Source: an uncultured Candidatus Saccharibacteria bacterium
Lineage (GTDB): Bacteria; Patescibacteriota; Minisyncoccia; Phycocordibacterales; Zambryskibacteraceae
Assembly: GCA_964509605.1 (NCBI GenBank)
Contig: CAZDXF010000002.1
Span: 25,514 to 89,513, forward strand
DNA: 64,000 nucleotides
Direction: 5' to 3'
The notes beneath the pieces were generated by a model. The model saw nothing but the letters and a program-made list of their open reading frames with translations. It did not search any database and was not told where the DNA came from. A program made the translations under genes and the position numbers. Numbering within the stretch: position 1 is the stretch's first letter; every line of letters begins with the position of its first letter. Positions 39,673 to 48,489 of this stretch are shown piece by piece.

Positions 39673-41832
39673 CTATTCAAGGTGTATTTTCGCGTTTTTA
39701 TCTGACAGTCTTTTTTTTAGATTTGGAAATTTTTTTATCTCTGGATCTTTTGCTACTAGATTTTTAGCTTCCTCTCTGGCAATTTCGACCATTTTTATAT
39801 TTTTTATGGCCTCCATTCCGAGGTCAGTGATTCCCCATTGTTTTTTACCATAGAGTTCACCAGCCCCTCTTTGTATCAAATCAAATTCTGCTAATTCAAA
39901 TCCGTTTCTCGCCGTCTTTAAAGCTTTTAATCTTTCAAAACTTTTCATACTTTTTGATTCTGAAAAAACAAAACAATACGGCTGATGGTTGCTTCTCATC
40001 ACTCTTCCACGAAGCTGGTGGAGTTGAGCGAGTCCAAACCTCTCTGCACCCTCTATTAAGATGGTGCTTGCGTTTAAAACATTCACTCCAACTTCCACAA
40101 CCGAAGTTGATACAAGAATGTGATATTTTCCATCTTTAAAATCGTTCATTACTTCCTCTTTATCTTTTGGTTTCATCTTGCTGTGGAGTATTCCTATTTC
40201 GTATTCCGGAAACACCTCTTTTTTTAGTCTTTTCGATTCTTCTTTTACAGACTTTGCTTGTAGTGCCATCTCTTTTGTTGGGTCTGGTTCGTCAATTCTT
40301 GGACAAATTACAAAAATTTGCCTTCCCACTTTCAATTCACTTCTTATTTTTTCATACACCTCATCTCTTTGGTTTGGAAGAACTATTTCAGTAATTGGCA
40401 TTTTTCTTCCTTTTGGCATTTCATCCAAAAGTGATAAATCCAAATCTCCATAAACCGTCAAAGCCAGAGTTCTTGGTATTGGAGTGGCTGTCATTGATAA
40501 GAGGTGGGGTAGAGGACCCTCCTTTTCTCGCAGTTTTTTTCTTTGCTCAGTTCCAAATCGATGTTGCTCATCTATTATTACCAAAGCTAGGTGCTTAAAC
40601 TTAACAGTTTTTTGGATCAGCGAGTGTGTGCCTATTAAAATTGGTATTTCTCCATTTGCTACCCATTTCAAAAGTTGAGTTCTAGAAATCTCTGTCGCTC
40701 CATTCGGAGAGACTTTTGAAGGAAATTTTTTGCACCCACTACTTGTAATTAGCCCAACCTGTATTTGCACTCCATCTGGATTGAAATATTTAATAAAAGA
40801 TTCAAAGTGCTGTTGCGCCAAAATTTCAGTGGGCGCCATATAGGCAACTTGAAGGTTTCCAAAGTCCGCTTCGTTTGGTCTAGTGCTTACAACCGCATAT
40901 GATGCCATAGCCGCTACGGCTGTTTTTCCGCTTCCCACATCTCCCTCTAAGAGTCTCGACATCGGTTCTCCTCTTTTGAAATCTTCTAGGATATGACTTA
41001 TGGATCTTTTTTGCGCTTTTGTTAGTGGAAAAGGAAATCTTTGCGCAAATTCCAACACCTCACTTTCATTTCTTTTTATTGAAAAGCTTTTGTGCGTCTT
41101 CCATTTTTCTTTTGCCAACGCTTTTTCTATTTGAATTAGAAAAATTTCTTCAAATGCAAATCTTTTTCTTGCGGAAAGAGCGTGATTTTCTTTTTTTGGA
41201 GAGTGTATCCAAATTAAAGAGGTTTTTAAGTTTGGAAGATTATATTTTTTTAAAATCTCTTCGGGTATGGGGTCTTTTATTTCATCCAGTACGCCCGTTT
41301 TAAATATTTTCTGAACAGAGTGATAGACCCAGTTTGATGTCATACCCCTTGTCTCTGGGTAAACGGGGTATAAGGTTTTTTCTTTGCCTCCTTCTGAAAA
41401 AAGAGAAAATCCGGCGCCAGAAGGCATTTGGGGAACGCTTTCAATTTTTGGGTTTGAGAGGTACAGATCTCCGTTTCTCTCGCTTACTTTTCCTTGAGCT
41501 TTTACAAAAGTTCCTTCATTTATCATCTTTGCCAAGTATGGCTGATGAAACCAGACTATCTTTACAGAGCCCGTAGGATCTTCAATTCGCGCTTCAGCCA
41601 TAGGAATTTTTTTCCTAAACGCTTTTTTGGTTTTTAGTCCAGAAATTTTTCCAGCGATTACAACTTCATCACCTTTTGCCAGCTCACTTATATTTTTGAA
41701 TTCGTCTGTTCCGCCGTATTTTCTTGGGAAGTAGTAAAGAAGGTCAAGTAATGTTTCAAGCCCTATTCGTTTGAGGGCTTTTGCGTGACTTTCTTTAAGT
41801 CTAAAGAAGTCCTTGAGTAGCTGTTTTCCCAT
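39673..41832 (-). CDS. recG: ATP-dependent DNA helicase RecG
   Basis: Wedge domain plus SF2 helicase motifs (GDVGSGKT, DEQH). Confidence 0.9.
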   Translation of the reverse strand: MGKQLLKDFFRLKESHAKALKRIGLETLLDLLYYFPRKYGGTDEFKNISELAKGDEVVIAGKISGLKTKKAFRKKIPMAEARIEDPTGSVKIVWFHQPYLAKMINEGTFVKAQGKVSERNGDLYLSNPKIESVPQMPSGAGFSLFSEGGKEKTLYPVYPETRGMTSNWVYHSVQKIFKTGVLDEIKDPIPEEILKKYNLPNLKTSLIWIHSPKKENHALSARKRFAFEEIFLIQIEKALAKEKWKTHKSFSIKRNESEVLEFAQRFPFPLTKAQKRSISHILEDFKRGEPMSRLLEGDVGSGKTAVAAMASYAVVSTRPNEADFGNLQVAYMAPTEILAQQHFESFIKYFNPDGVQIQVGLITSSGCKKFPSKVSPNGATEISRTQLLKWVANGEIPILIGTHSLIQKTVKFKHLALVIIDEQHRFGTEQRKKLREKEGPLPHLLSMTATPIPRTLALTVYGDLDLSLLDEMPKGRKMPITEIVLPNQRDEVYEKIRSELKVGRQIFVICPRIDEPDPTKEMALQAKSVKEESKRLKKEVFPEYEIGILHSKMKPKDKEEVMNDFKDGKYHILVSTSVVEVGVNVLNASTILIEGAERFGLAQLHQLRGRVMRSNHQPYCFVFSESKSMKSFERLKALKTARNGFELAEFDLIQRGAGELYGKKQWGITDLGMEAIKNIKMVEIAREEAKNLVAKDPEIKKFPNLKKRLSDKNAKIHLE

Positions 41833-41872
41833 CGCTCTATTGTATAAGAGCTTGGACTTGTGAGGAAATGCT

Positions 41873-42385
41873 CTATTTAACTATCACCAAACCTGTTCTA
41901 GAAGAATTCATGTGGTTGTGGAAATACCATTTTCCTATTTCTGTGAATGTAAAAGTGTATGTTCCGCCTCTGCCTACAGAAATTCTCTGATCAAATGCTG
42001 GATATGCGCTGTGAGAGGGGTGAGGATTTGAAGCAACCCACATTTGTTGATTACTTTCGTTTATAAATTGCACTGAGCCACCCTTGCTTATGGTTATTGT
42101 TGTCGGAGAAAATCCTTCATTTGTATATCTTACTGTTGCTGGAGGAAGGGCATGGGATGAAACTTGAGGTTGCACAACAGTTGGACTTGGCGCTTGTGGT
42201 TTTGGTGCAGAATTCTGACCATTTCCTGCAGAAGTTTCTTCAGAAACTGTTTCCTGCAAATCTTCTGCTGTGGGAGCAACAGTTTCTTTTTTACCAGCCA
42301 TTAAAGAAGCAAAAAGTACAATTATTAATATTGTGAGAACCGCTATCAATATATTTTTTTTATTCATATTTTTAATATTTTGCAT
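41873..42385 (-). CDS. Hypothetical secreted protein (cupredoxin-like C-terminal beta domain?)
   Basis: Signal/TM, Pro/Gln-rich linker, C-terminal beta-rich domain. Confidence 0.4.
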   Translation of the reverse strand: MQNIKNMNKKNILIAVLTILIIVLFASLMAGKKETVAPTAEDLQETVSEETSAGNGQNSAPKPQAPSPTVVQPQVSSHALPPATVRYTNEGFSPTTITISKGGSVQFINESNQQMWVASNPHPSHSAYPAFDQRISVGRGGTYTFTFTEIGKWYFHNHMNSSRTGLVIVK

Positions 42386-42407
42386 ACATTTAAATTATAC
42401 ACCTAAA

Positions 42408-42821
42408 TTATTTTCCGACTTGGGTTATGAAAAATGCTACAGTCGTTGAGAACCCGGTGATAAAAAATCCCCAAGCCATATCAGCAAGAGAGAGTTTCCA
42501 GCTCCATCCCGAAAGAGTAGCGAGGTTTGTCATATCGTATATTCCATAGACTATGAGTCCAAAAACTCCTCCTATTAAAAATGCTTTTATCAAGGTGGCG
42601 TCTGAACTAACTTTGGGTAGGGCAAAAAGGACCACTCCGAGAGCTAAGAAAATATAAGCGAACACTACGCCAGACCAATCTGGAGAAAGTTTCTCTCCGA
42701 CTCTACGCGCCAAGGCCCCTAGGTTGGTGTTATAAAAATCAGCCATCACTATGGATAGCCAAATATAGTCAAGAATTACAAAAGAAACGAGCGCACCAAT
42801 AAAAGGTTGTATAAAGCTCAT
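42408..42821 (-). CDS. Small multi-TM membrane protein (DUF2177-like)
   Basis: 4 TM segments. Confidence 0.45.
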   Translation of the reverse strand: MSFIQPFIGALVSFVILDYIWLSIVMADFYNTNLGALARRVGEKLSPDWSGVVFAYIFLALGVVLFALPKVSSDATLIKAFLIGGVFGLIVYGIYDMTNLATLSGWSWKLSLADMAWGFFITGFSTTVAFFITQVGK

Positions 42822-42842
42822 CCTAAAATTTTAGCACAATTT

Positions 42843-43298
42843 TTATTTTAGATCGGCTATTATTATTTTTTTCATTTGCATCATTTTTGCAAAAGCTTTT
42901 GGGTCTTGAACCCATTCATCAATCCCTTCTGGTGCCACTTGCCAGCTAAGACCGTATTTGTCTTTAAGCCAACCACAAACACTCTCTTGTCCACCGTTCG
43001 AAGTGAGTTTTTCCCAGTAGTAATCTATTTCCGATTGATCTTTACAGTTAATCAAGAATGAAACAGATTCATTAAATTTAAATTCAGATCCAGCATTTAT
43101 TGCGATAAAGCTCTGTCCTAGAATCTCAAATTCTATAGTCAAAACTTTTTCAGCAAATTCTTTTTGGAAGTCCGCAAGTCCTTCTTTTGGATAATAATTT
43201 ATTGAAATTATTTTTCCTTCTGGAAAAACAGAAAGATAAAAATCAACAGCTTCTTTGGCATTTCTATCAAACCATAAATTTGGAACAATCTTTTTCAT
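42843..43298 (-). CDS. VOC-family PhnB-like protein (3-demethylubiquinone-9 3-methyltransferase domain)
   Basis: N-terminal PNLWFD...EAVDFY motif typical of PhnB-like VOC proteins. Confidence 0.65.
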   Translation of the reverse strand: MKKIVPNLWFDRNAKEAVDFYLSVFPEGKIISINYYPKEGLADFQKEFAEKVLTIEFEILGQSFIAINAGSEFKFNESVSFLINCKDQSEIDYYWEKLTSNGGQESVCGWLKDKYGLSWQVAPEGIDEWVQDPKAFAKMMQMKKIIIADLK

Positions 43299-43552
43299 AT
43301 TTTTTTAAAATCCTTTCTGGCGGTGTATTTTAAAAATAGCTCGAACTGCATTCCCTCGCCGAGCTTCGCGCGGCTCGGGTGCGGCGGGGCAAAAATGAGC
43401 GGCTCCGCCTCGCACACTGACAATTTTAAGTTTTTCTTTGGCGGAATACAAATTCGAGCGTGCGAAGCACCCACAAAATAGTTCTTTCAAACTCAAAAAG
43501 AAAGGCGCCGTACCCGGAGGTCGTGCGCCTGATTGCGACCGCATGACGCGGT

Positions 43553-43891
43553 CTAGTCCTTCTTGCCCTGGACATACTCGGGAACCTCGGCGAGCATCTC
43601 CGAGAGCATCCAGCCGGCCACAGCTTCCTTGTCCTCGTGCGAGAGGCCGAAGGTGCCGAGCAGGCCGAGGAAGCAATCCTTCTGGTGTCGCTGTACCGTC
43701 TCGTCGCCGGACTTCCATTTCCAGTTGGCGATGTTGGCACCGCCGAAGAAGACGCGGCTTGCGTAGCTCGACCACGGATTGTAGAGTTTGAATTCGGGCG
43801 GACAGAGCTTCGCGAGCTCACGCTCGTTGGAGAGTCCACCGAATGCCTGGCCGTGACCAGCGAACAGCGGGGACGCCGTCTGCGTTTCCAT
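43553..43891 (-). CDS. Hypothetical protein encoded in the high-GC island segment
   Basis: ATG at 43889-43891, preceded by AAGGAGGTG 7 nt upstream. 112 aa (METQTASPLFAGHGQAFGG...). The overlapping ORFs in other frames are GC artefacts. Confidence 0.5.
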   Translation of the reverse strand: METQTASPLFAGHGQAFGGLSNERELAKLCPPEFKLYNPWSSYASRVFFGGANIANWKWKSGDETVQRHQKDCFLGLLGTFGLSHEDKEAVAGWMLSEMLAEVPEYVQGKKD

Positions 43892-44127
43892 CGTATTCAC
43901 CTCCTTCAAGGTTTAGTTTCCAACCTAGACGTCGTGCCTAAGTTGATAAGTACCATAGCACGACTTGAATTATCAGTCAAGAAACGACCGAGCGTTGCTT
44001 CTTGGAAAAAATCAGAATGAAAAAATTTCTTTTACCCTTATTGATAAAAGCATTTCTTTTTCGCCAAAAATTCCATACGAATTAGCCGCCGAGCGAAGCG
44101 AGGCGGACAGCCTGCATTTGCAAAATC

Positions 44128-44320
44128 CTTTCTGCGGTGATGTATTAGCCTTTGCGCGAACTCATTTTGAACGAAAGGAATGATGCGCGCCTCGTCCGCT
44201 CCCTTCGGTCGCGATCCCAAAACCAAAAATTTTCCTTCCTTTCTTAGATTTTCGGCGGGGGGTGTGGGGGGGAGCCGACAAAAAATGGAAAGGAAATTTT
44301 TGGTTTTGATTCGCCGCTTC
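44128..44320. repeat. 193-bp inverted repeat, left copy (IR-A)
   Basis: Perfect reverse complement of 45783-45975. Begins with the core CTTTCTGCGG. Confidence 0.9.
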
Positions 44321-44533
44321 AGACTACAAAAAGAGTAGATATTTGTATTTTAACACATTTGACTACTCTTTTCTCCGTCTTCGCGGCGAGACGAGGCGCT
44401 TCCAATTCGGTTGCGCTGAAGCGCATCATATTTGTATTGTGCTTGCCCCGCCCGCCCAGTGCGCGCACAAAGCCGTGCCGTTTTGAAGAAATATTATAAA
44501 ACGGCAAAACGGCGGGGATGGCTCCCTAGAAAA

Positions 44534-45481
44534 CTAATAACTAAAATTGACAGTCACGCTATCGCTGGAAGAATCAACTTTTCCGCTACTTGCCCCGCAA
44601 GTAAGTTGATACGTAGTCACGCCTGTCTTTTCATTTCCTGTCCAAACATTTTCAGATCCACTGGTGGACTTGGCACCAGACCAATATGTATCGCCTGAAG
44701 CAGTACAGTAATCAGAATTGTTTGATGTCCAACTGAAATTAGAGTAGCCAGCCGATTTTGTTATCGGGCCATCTGAATTGTTTATTTTTAGATCAGCTGA
44801 TGGCAGTTGCTGTGTTAACTGAAATGGCACTGTCACTGGATTCGAAGAATTAGTGCCGCCAGCTCCGGTACAGGAAACTGTATATGTCGTAGTCTGGGAA
44901 AGGGATACCGCCATCGACCCAGACGGTGATAATTTTGATTTTTCGAAATTACAGTAAGTCGCATTTGTTGATGACCAGTAAAGTGTAATTGTTCCGGGCT
45001 TCCCGTCAGAAACAATTGACGTTGGGTTCGCGTATAGGTACACGCTCGGAGACGGAATTGTTGTCTGGATAGGGTTAGGTGTCGGTGTAGGATTCGTTGG
45101 GGTTGGAGTTGTAACCGACGGAATTACTGATGCTGTGTTTCCACATTTACTGTTCCATAAGTTCCGTGTCTTTGGGCCATAAGTGCCGAAACCAAAAGTG
45201 TTCGATGGAATTCCAAGCCACGCTTGCAGTTGCGACACTCGACCGCCTGGCTCGGTGTCAAAATTGCCATAAGAGAGGTCGGCAAAGGTACTGCACGACA
45301 GCACACCTGTGGACCCCTGCAATTGGGCAATCTGTGCTTGAAGCGCTTTAATCTGCGCGAGCAAGGCCTGTATTTGAGCGGCAACATCAGTTGTTTGTGC
45401 AAAAGTTGGCGTTGCAAAGCCAATGGACACAAGAATTCCAAGCGTCAAGAATCCTGTGGCAATATATTTTTTCATGGTCAT
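44534..45481 (-). CDS. Secreted surface protein: signal peptide, Ala/Gln coiled coil, Thr/Pro linker, Ig-like beta domains
   Basis: N-terminal signal MTMKKYIATGFLTLGILVSIGFATPTFA, then AQIQALLAQIKALQAQIAQLQ, then TPTPTNPTPTPNP, then Ser/Thr/Gly-rich beta domains. Confidence 0.65.
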   Translation of the reverse strand: MTMKKYIATGFLTLGILVSIGFATPTFAQTTDVAAQIQALLAQIKALQAQIAQLQGSTGVLSCSTFADLSYGNFDTEPGGRVSQLQAWLGIPSNTFGFGTYGPKTRNLWNSKCGNTASVIPSVTTPTPTNPTPTPNPIQTTIPSPSVYLYANPTSIVSDGKPGTITLYWSSTNATYCNFEKSKLSPSGSMAVSLSQTTTYTVSCTGAGGTNSSNPVTVPFQLTQQLPSADLKINNSDGPITKSAGYSNFSWTSNNSDYCTASGDTYWSGAKSTSGSENVWTGNEKTGVTTYQLTCGASSGKVDSSSDSVTVNFSY

Positions 45482-45494
45482 TTATTATTGATAA

Positions 45495-45716
45495 TTATTT
45501 AATAAAATACTTAATATCCTTACCATATAGTTTAGCAAATCGTTGAAGTTCGACAACATCAACTCTTTGCTGTCCTGATTCAACATTTGAGATGTGCGAT
45601 TGCGGACGTTTCAACTTTTTTGCCACTTGCACTTGGGTCAATCCTACTTCTTGCCGAGCCGCCCGCAACCGCTCAACAAAATAGGCATATTCCTTTGTGT
45701 GGATTGACTTAACCAT
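45495..45716 (-). CDS. XRE-family helix-turn-helix transcriptional regulator
   Basis: LTQVQVAKKLKRPQSHISNVESGQQ HTH motif. Putative promoter at 45720-45780 (minus strand). Confidence 0.75.
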   Translation of the reverse strand: MVKSIHTKEYAYFVERLRAARQEVGLTQVQVAKKLKRPQSHISNVESGQQRVDVVELQRFAKLYGKDIKYFIK

Positions 45717-45782
45717 ATGATACTATGGTCTATCCAAACATTCAATATCCAAACTTTAGATATTGTGATAAACTAGATTTTG

Positions 45783-45975
45783 GAAGCGGCGAATCAAAAC
45801 CAAAAATTTCCTTTCCATTTTTTGTCGGCTCCCCCCCACACCCCCCGCCGAAAATCTAAGAAAGGAAGGAAAATTTTTGGTTTTGGGATCGCGACCGAAG
45901 GGAGCGGACGAGGCGCGCATCATTCCTTTCGTTCAAAATGAGTTCGCGCAAAGGCTAATACATCACCGCAGAAAG
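45783..45975. repeat. 193-bp inverted repeat, right copy (IR-A')
   Basis: Perfect reverse complement of 44128-44320. Ends with CCGCAGAAAG. Confidence 0.9.
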
Positions 45976-46096
45976 AAACTTCCAAATCCGAAAGGTGGGA
46001 AGAAGCCCGCGCCGAAGGCGCGGGGCTAGGCAAAATGTTCCGTCGCTCCGCGACGAATTGGGACGGAATGGGCAGGGCGAAATGGGCGGATTTGTC
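45966..46096. repeat. 131-bp inverted repeat, left copy (IR-B); shares the CCGCAGAAAG core with IR-A'
   Basis: Reverse complement of 47512-47642 with one mismatch. Contains the hairpin gcccgcgccgaaggcgcggggc. Confidence 0.85.
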
Positions 46097-46122
46097 CTTG
46101 TTTCAATCTAAAAGCAATTTAT

Positions 46123-47691
46123 ATGTCCAAACCAAAGTATTTTCTTTACGCTCGCAAGAGCATCGAGGACGATGACCGACAAGTGATGTCCATTGAGGCA
46201 CAGCTTTTTGAGTTGCGAGAATTGGCGCGTAAAGAAAATCTTGAAATTCTTGAGGAATTTCAAGAGTCGAAAAGCGCAAAGACGCCTGGACGCGAGGTAT
46301 TCGGCGAAATGATGTTAAAAGTAGAGAAATTGGATGGTGTCGGCATATTAGCGTGGCATCCCGATCGCCTCGCGCGTAATTCGATTGACGGTGGACGAGT
46401 AATTTACGCCGTGGACACTCGCAAGGTTGTGTCTTTGCGCTTCCCGACATTTTGGTTTGAACCAACCCCGCAAGGGCTCTTTATGTTGCAAGTGGCGTTT
46501 GGGCAGAGCAAATATTATTCTGATAACTTATCCGACAATATTAAGCGAGGTGTCCGCCAAAAATTGAGACGTGGCGAATGGTTGAACTTAGCTCCCTTTG
46601 GCTATCAAAACAACCCGCGTATTAGAAATATTGAACCTCATCCGACAAATGCTCGCGTGGTGAAGTTAGCTTTTGAGGAATACGCCAAAGGTTCGCACAC
46701 TTTTATTTCGCTCGCGCAATTTTTGGCGGACTTAGGTGTGGTAACAAAACACCAAACGCCACTCGCCAAAGTTTCCATCAAACGACTTCTTACTCATCGA
46801 GCATATCTCGGTTTCGTGAAGCATGGACAAGAATGGTTTGATGGAAACTTTGAGCCAATTATTTCTCCCGCATTGTTTGAAGCCGTGCAGAAAGTATTGC
46901 AAACGAAGGAAAGGCCGCGCAAAAGGAAAATCAAGCATGATTTTCCTTTTACCGGACTTTTTCGATGTGGCGAGTGTGGCAGTATGATTTCCGCACAGTG
47001 GGCAACTGGAAAGTCTGGTCGTCGTTATCGGTATTATCGGTGCTCGAAAAAGCGCGGCCATTGTTCGCAAGCTTATTTACAAGAAAGTGAACTTACGAGG
47101 CAAATCTGTGCACGGCTTCAAACAATTTCGCTTTGCGATCGCTATACCGACTGGATGTTAGATAAAGTGAAACTGTGGGAGCACGAGGAAATTGGAGCGT
47201 CGCAAAGCGAGGTTCAAAATCTTTCCGATAGTATCAAAGCGAACGAGGAGCGCATGGAAAAACTACTCTCGGCGTATTTAGATGGTGATGTACCAAAAGA
47301 GGTTTACCTTAAACGAAAAGATGTTCTCATGCGCTCTCTCGCCGCTTTGAAAGAGAAAAAGAAAGATTTTGAACGCGGAAGAAAAAATTGGGTCGAACCC
47401 TTGCGGGAATGGATTTTAGATATGAAACAAGCCGATTTTTTGTCCTCTTCGTCTGATTTGTACCAAATCAAGTCGTTCGTCCAAAAAATCGGAACGAACC
47501 CCTTGGTTCGTGACAAATCCGCCCATTTCGCCCTGCCCATTCCGTCCCAATTCGTCGCGGAGCGACGGAACATTTTGCCTAGCCCCGCGCCTTTGGCGCG
47601 GGCTTCTTCCCACCTTTCGGATTTGGAAGTTTCTTTCTGCGGAAGGGGAGGGATTCGAACCCTCGGACCGATTTCTCGGTCAACACATTAG
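46123..47691 (+). CDS. Large serine recombinase (resolvase/invertase catalytic domain + recombinase domain + zinc ribbon)
   Basis: N-terminal YARKSIEDDDRQ...SIEAQ catalytic serine motif, DRLARN, C-terminal CGECGS...YYRCSKK zinc ribbon. The ORF tail reads through IR-B' into the tRNA, so the true stop is uncertain. Confidence 0.8.
   Translation: MSKPKYFLYARKSIEDDDRQVMSIEAQLFELRELARKENLEILEEFQESKSAKTPGREVFGEMMLKVEKLDGVGILAWHPDRLARNSIDGGRVIYAVDTRKVVSLRFPTFWFEPTPQGLFMLQVAFGQSKYYSDNLSDNIKRGVRQKLRRGEWLNLAPFGYQNNPRIRNIEPHPTNARVVKLAFEEYAKGSHTFISLAQFLADLGVVTKHQTPLAKVSIKRLLTHRAYLGFVKHGQEWFDGNFEPIISPALFEAVQKVLQTKERPRKRKIKHDFPFTGLFRCGECGSMISAQWATGKSGRRYRYYRCSKKRGHCSQAYLQESELTRQICARLQTISLCDRYTDWMLDKVKLWEHEEIGASQSEVQNLSDSIKANEERMEKLLSAYLDGDVPKEVYLKRKDVLMRSLAALKEKKKDFERGRKNWVEPLREWILDMKQADFLSSSSDLYQIKSFVQKIGTNPLVRDKSAHFALPIPSQFVAERRNILPSPAPLARASSHLSDLEVSFCGRGGIRTLGPISRSTH
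47512..47642. repeat. 131-bp inverted repeat, right copy (IR-B'); abuts and overlaps the 3' end of tRNA-Ser
   Basis: Reverse complement of 45966-46096. The core CTTTCTGCGG at 47633-47642 includes the tRNA's last bases. Confidence 0.85.
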
Positions 47692-47726
47692 CAGTGTGCT
47701 GCATTCGACCGCTCTGCCACCCTTCC
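47640..47726 (-). tRNA. tRNA-Ser (anticodon GCU), class II with long variable arm
   Basis: Acceptor GGAAGGG/CCCUUCC, D-stem GCA/UGC, anticodon stem GCACA/UGUGU with loop CUGCUAA, variable arm GACCGAGAAAUCGGUC, T-stem GAGGG/CCCUC, T-loop UUCGAAU. Confidence 0.8.
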
Positions 47727-47783
47727 TTTTTGTAGGCTGTAATCTATCATACTCTGCTTTCACTTCAAAACATCCCCCACTAT

Positions 47784-48443
47784 TTAATGAGCCATTGTAA
47801 AAGCCAATACTTTTTTAGCGCCTGCGGAAATCAGTGTTTTTCTAGCTTCTGACAGGGTGCTTCCGGTTGTTACCACATCGTCTATCAAAATTATCTTTGC
47901 GCCCGATATTTCATAACTGTTTTTGATTTCAAAACACCCTTCAAGATTTTTCAACCACTCCTTTCTTTTTAAAGAAGTTTGCGGTAGCGTGTCTTTTTTT
48001 CTAATCAAAATTTCTTTATTGTATTTAAGCAAACCACTCTGATCATTTTTTAAAATTGCTTCACAGATAAGCTCTACTTGGTTAAAACCCCGTTCAGTTT
48101 TTCTCTTTTTAGAAAGGGGAATTGGAATAAGGATAAAGTTTTTGTTTGCACTAGCCACCAGCTCATCTCCCAGGTTGTCTATGATTCTTTCGTAAATTAA
48201 ATTGCTAACCGCTTGTGAAAGTTTCTTATTTTCTTTGTATTTTATTGCCCAGACCAAAGCTCTTACTCTTCTGTCTCCATAATCAAACACAGATTCTGCC
48301 CACGATATCTTGTTATCAACACACTGCGGGAGGTAAGATAGCTTATTTTCATCAGCCATTTTTTCTAATTCCAAAACAGCTTTTTCTTTGGGAAATATGA
48401 AATCAACAATCTCTCCTGCTATTTTGGTCAGAAGACTTAACAT
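47784..48443 (-). CDS. comF: Competence protein ComF (phosphoribosyltransferase domain)
   Basis: C-terminal PRTase motif ILIDDVVTTGSTL. Confidence 0.7.
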   Translation of the reverse strand: MLSLLTKIAGEIVDFIFPKEKAVLELEKMADENKLSYLPQCVDNKISWAESVFDYGDRRVRALVWAIKYKENKKLSQAVSNLIYERIIDNLGDELVASANKNFILIPIPLSKKRKTERGFNQVELICEAILKNDQSGLLKYNKEILIRKKDTLPQTSLKRKEWLKNLEGCFEIKNSYEISGAKIILIDDVVTTGSTLSEARKTLISAGAKKVLAFTMAH

Positions 48444-48489
48444 ACAATAATTCTATATCAGTATTTACCCTTCGTGCTATAATTTTCCT

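Larger units (their letters stand above)
43313..47642. mobile_element. GC-rich integrated element at the 3' end of tRNA-Ser(GCU), with serine recombinase and nested inverted repeats
   Basis: GC is much higher than host. Bounded by direct copies of the CTTTCTG(G)CGG core at 43313 and 47633 (the latter overlaps the tRNA 3' end). Inner core copies at 44128 (direct) and 45966 (inverted). Large serine recombinase inside. Confidence 0.6.

Noticed and set aside
43305-44226. Seven overlapping ORFs on both strands (e.g. 43305-43775, 43426-43839, 43438-43791, 43637-44020).
   Set aside because: High-GC DNA lacks stop codons in several frames. Only the minus-strand frame with the AAGGAGG-ATG start (43553-43891) has a credible initiation context.
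47600-47691. C-terminal tail of the recombinase ORF running through IR-B' into tRNA-Ser.
   Set aside because: The tail sequence is low-complexity and overlaps a tRNA. The real stop cannot be fixed from sequence alone, so it is kept as a caveat rather than a feature.
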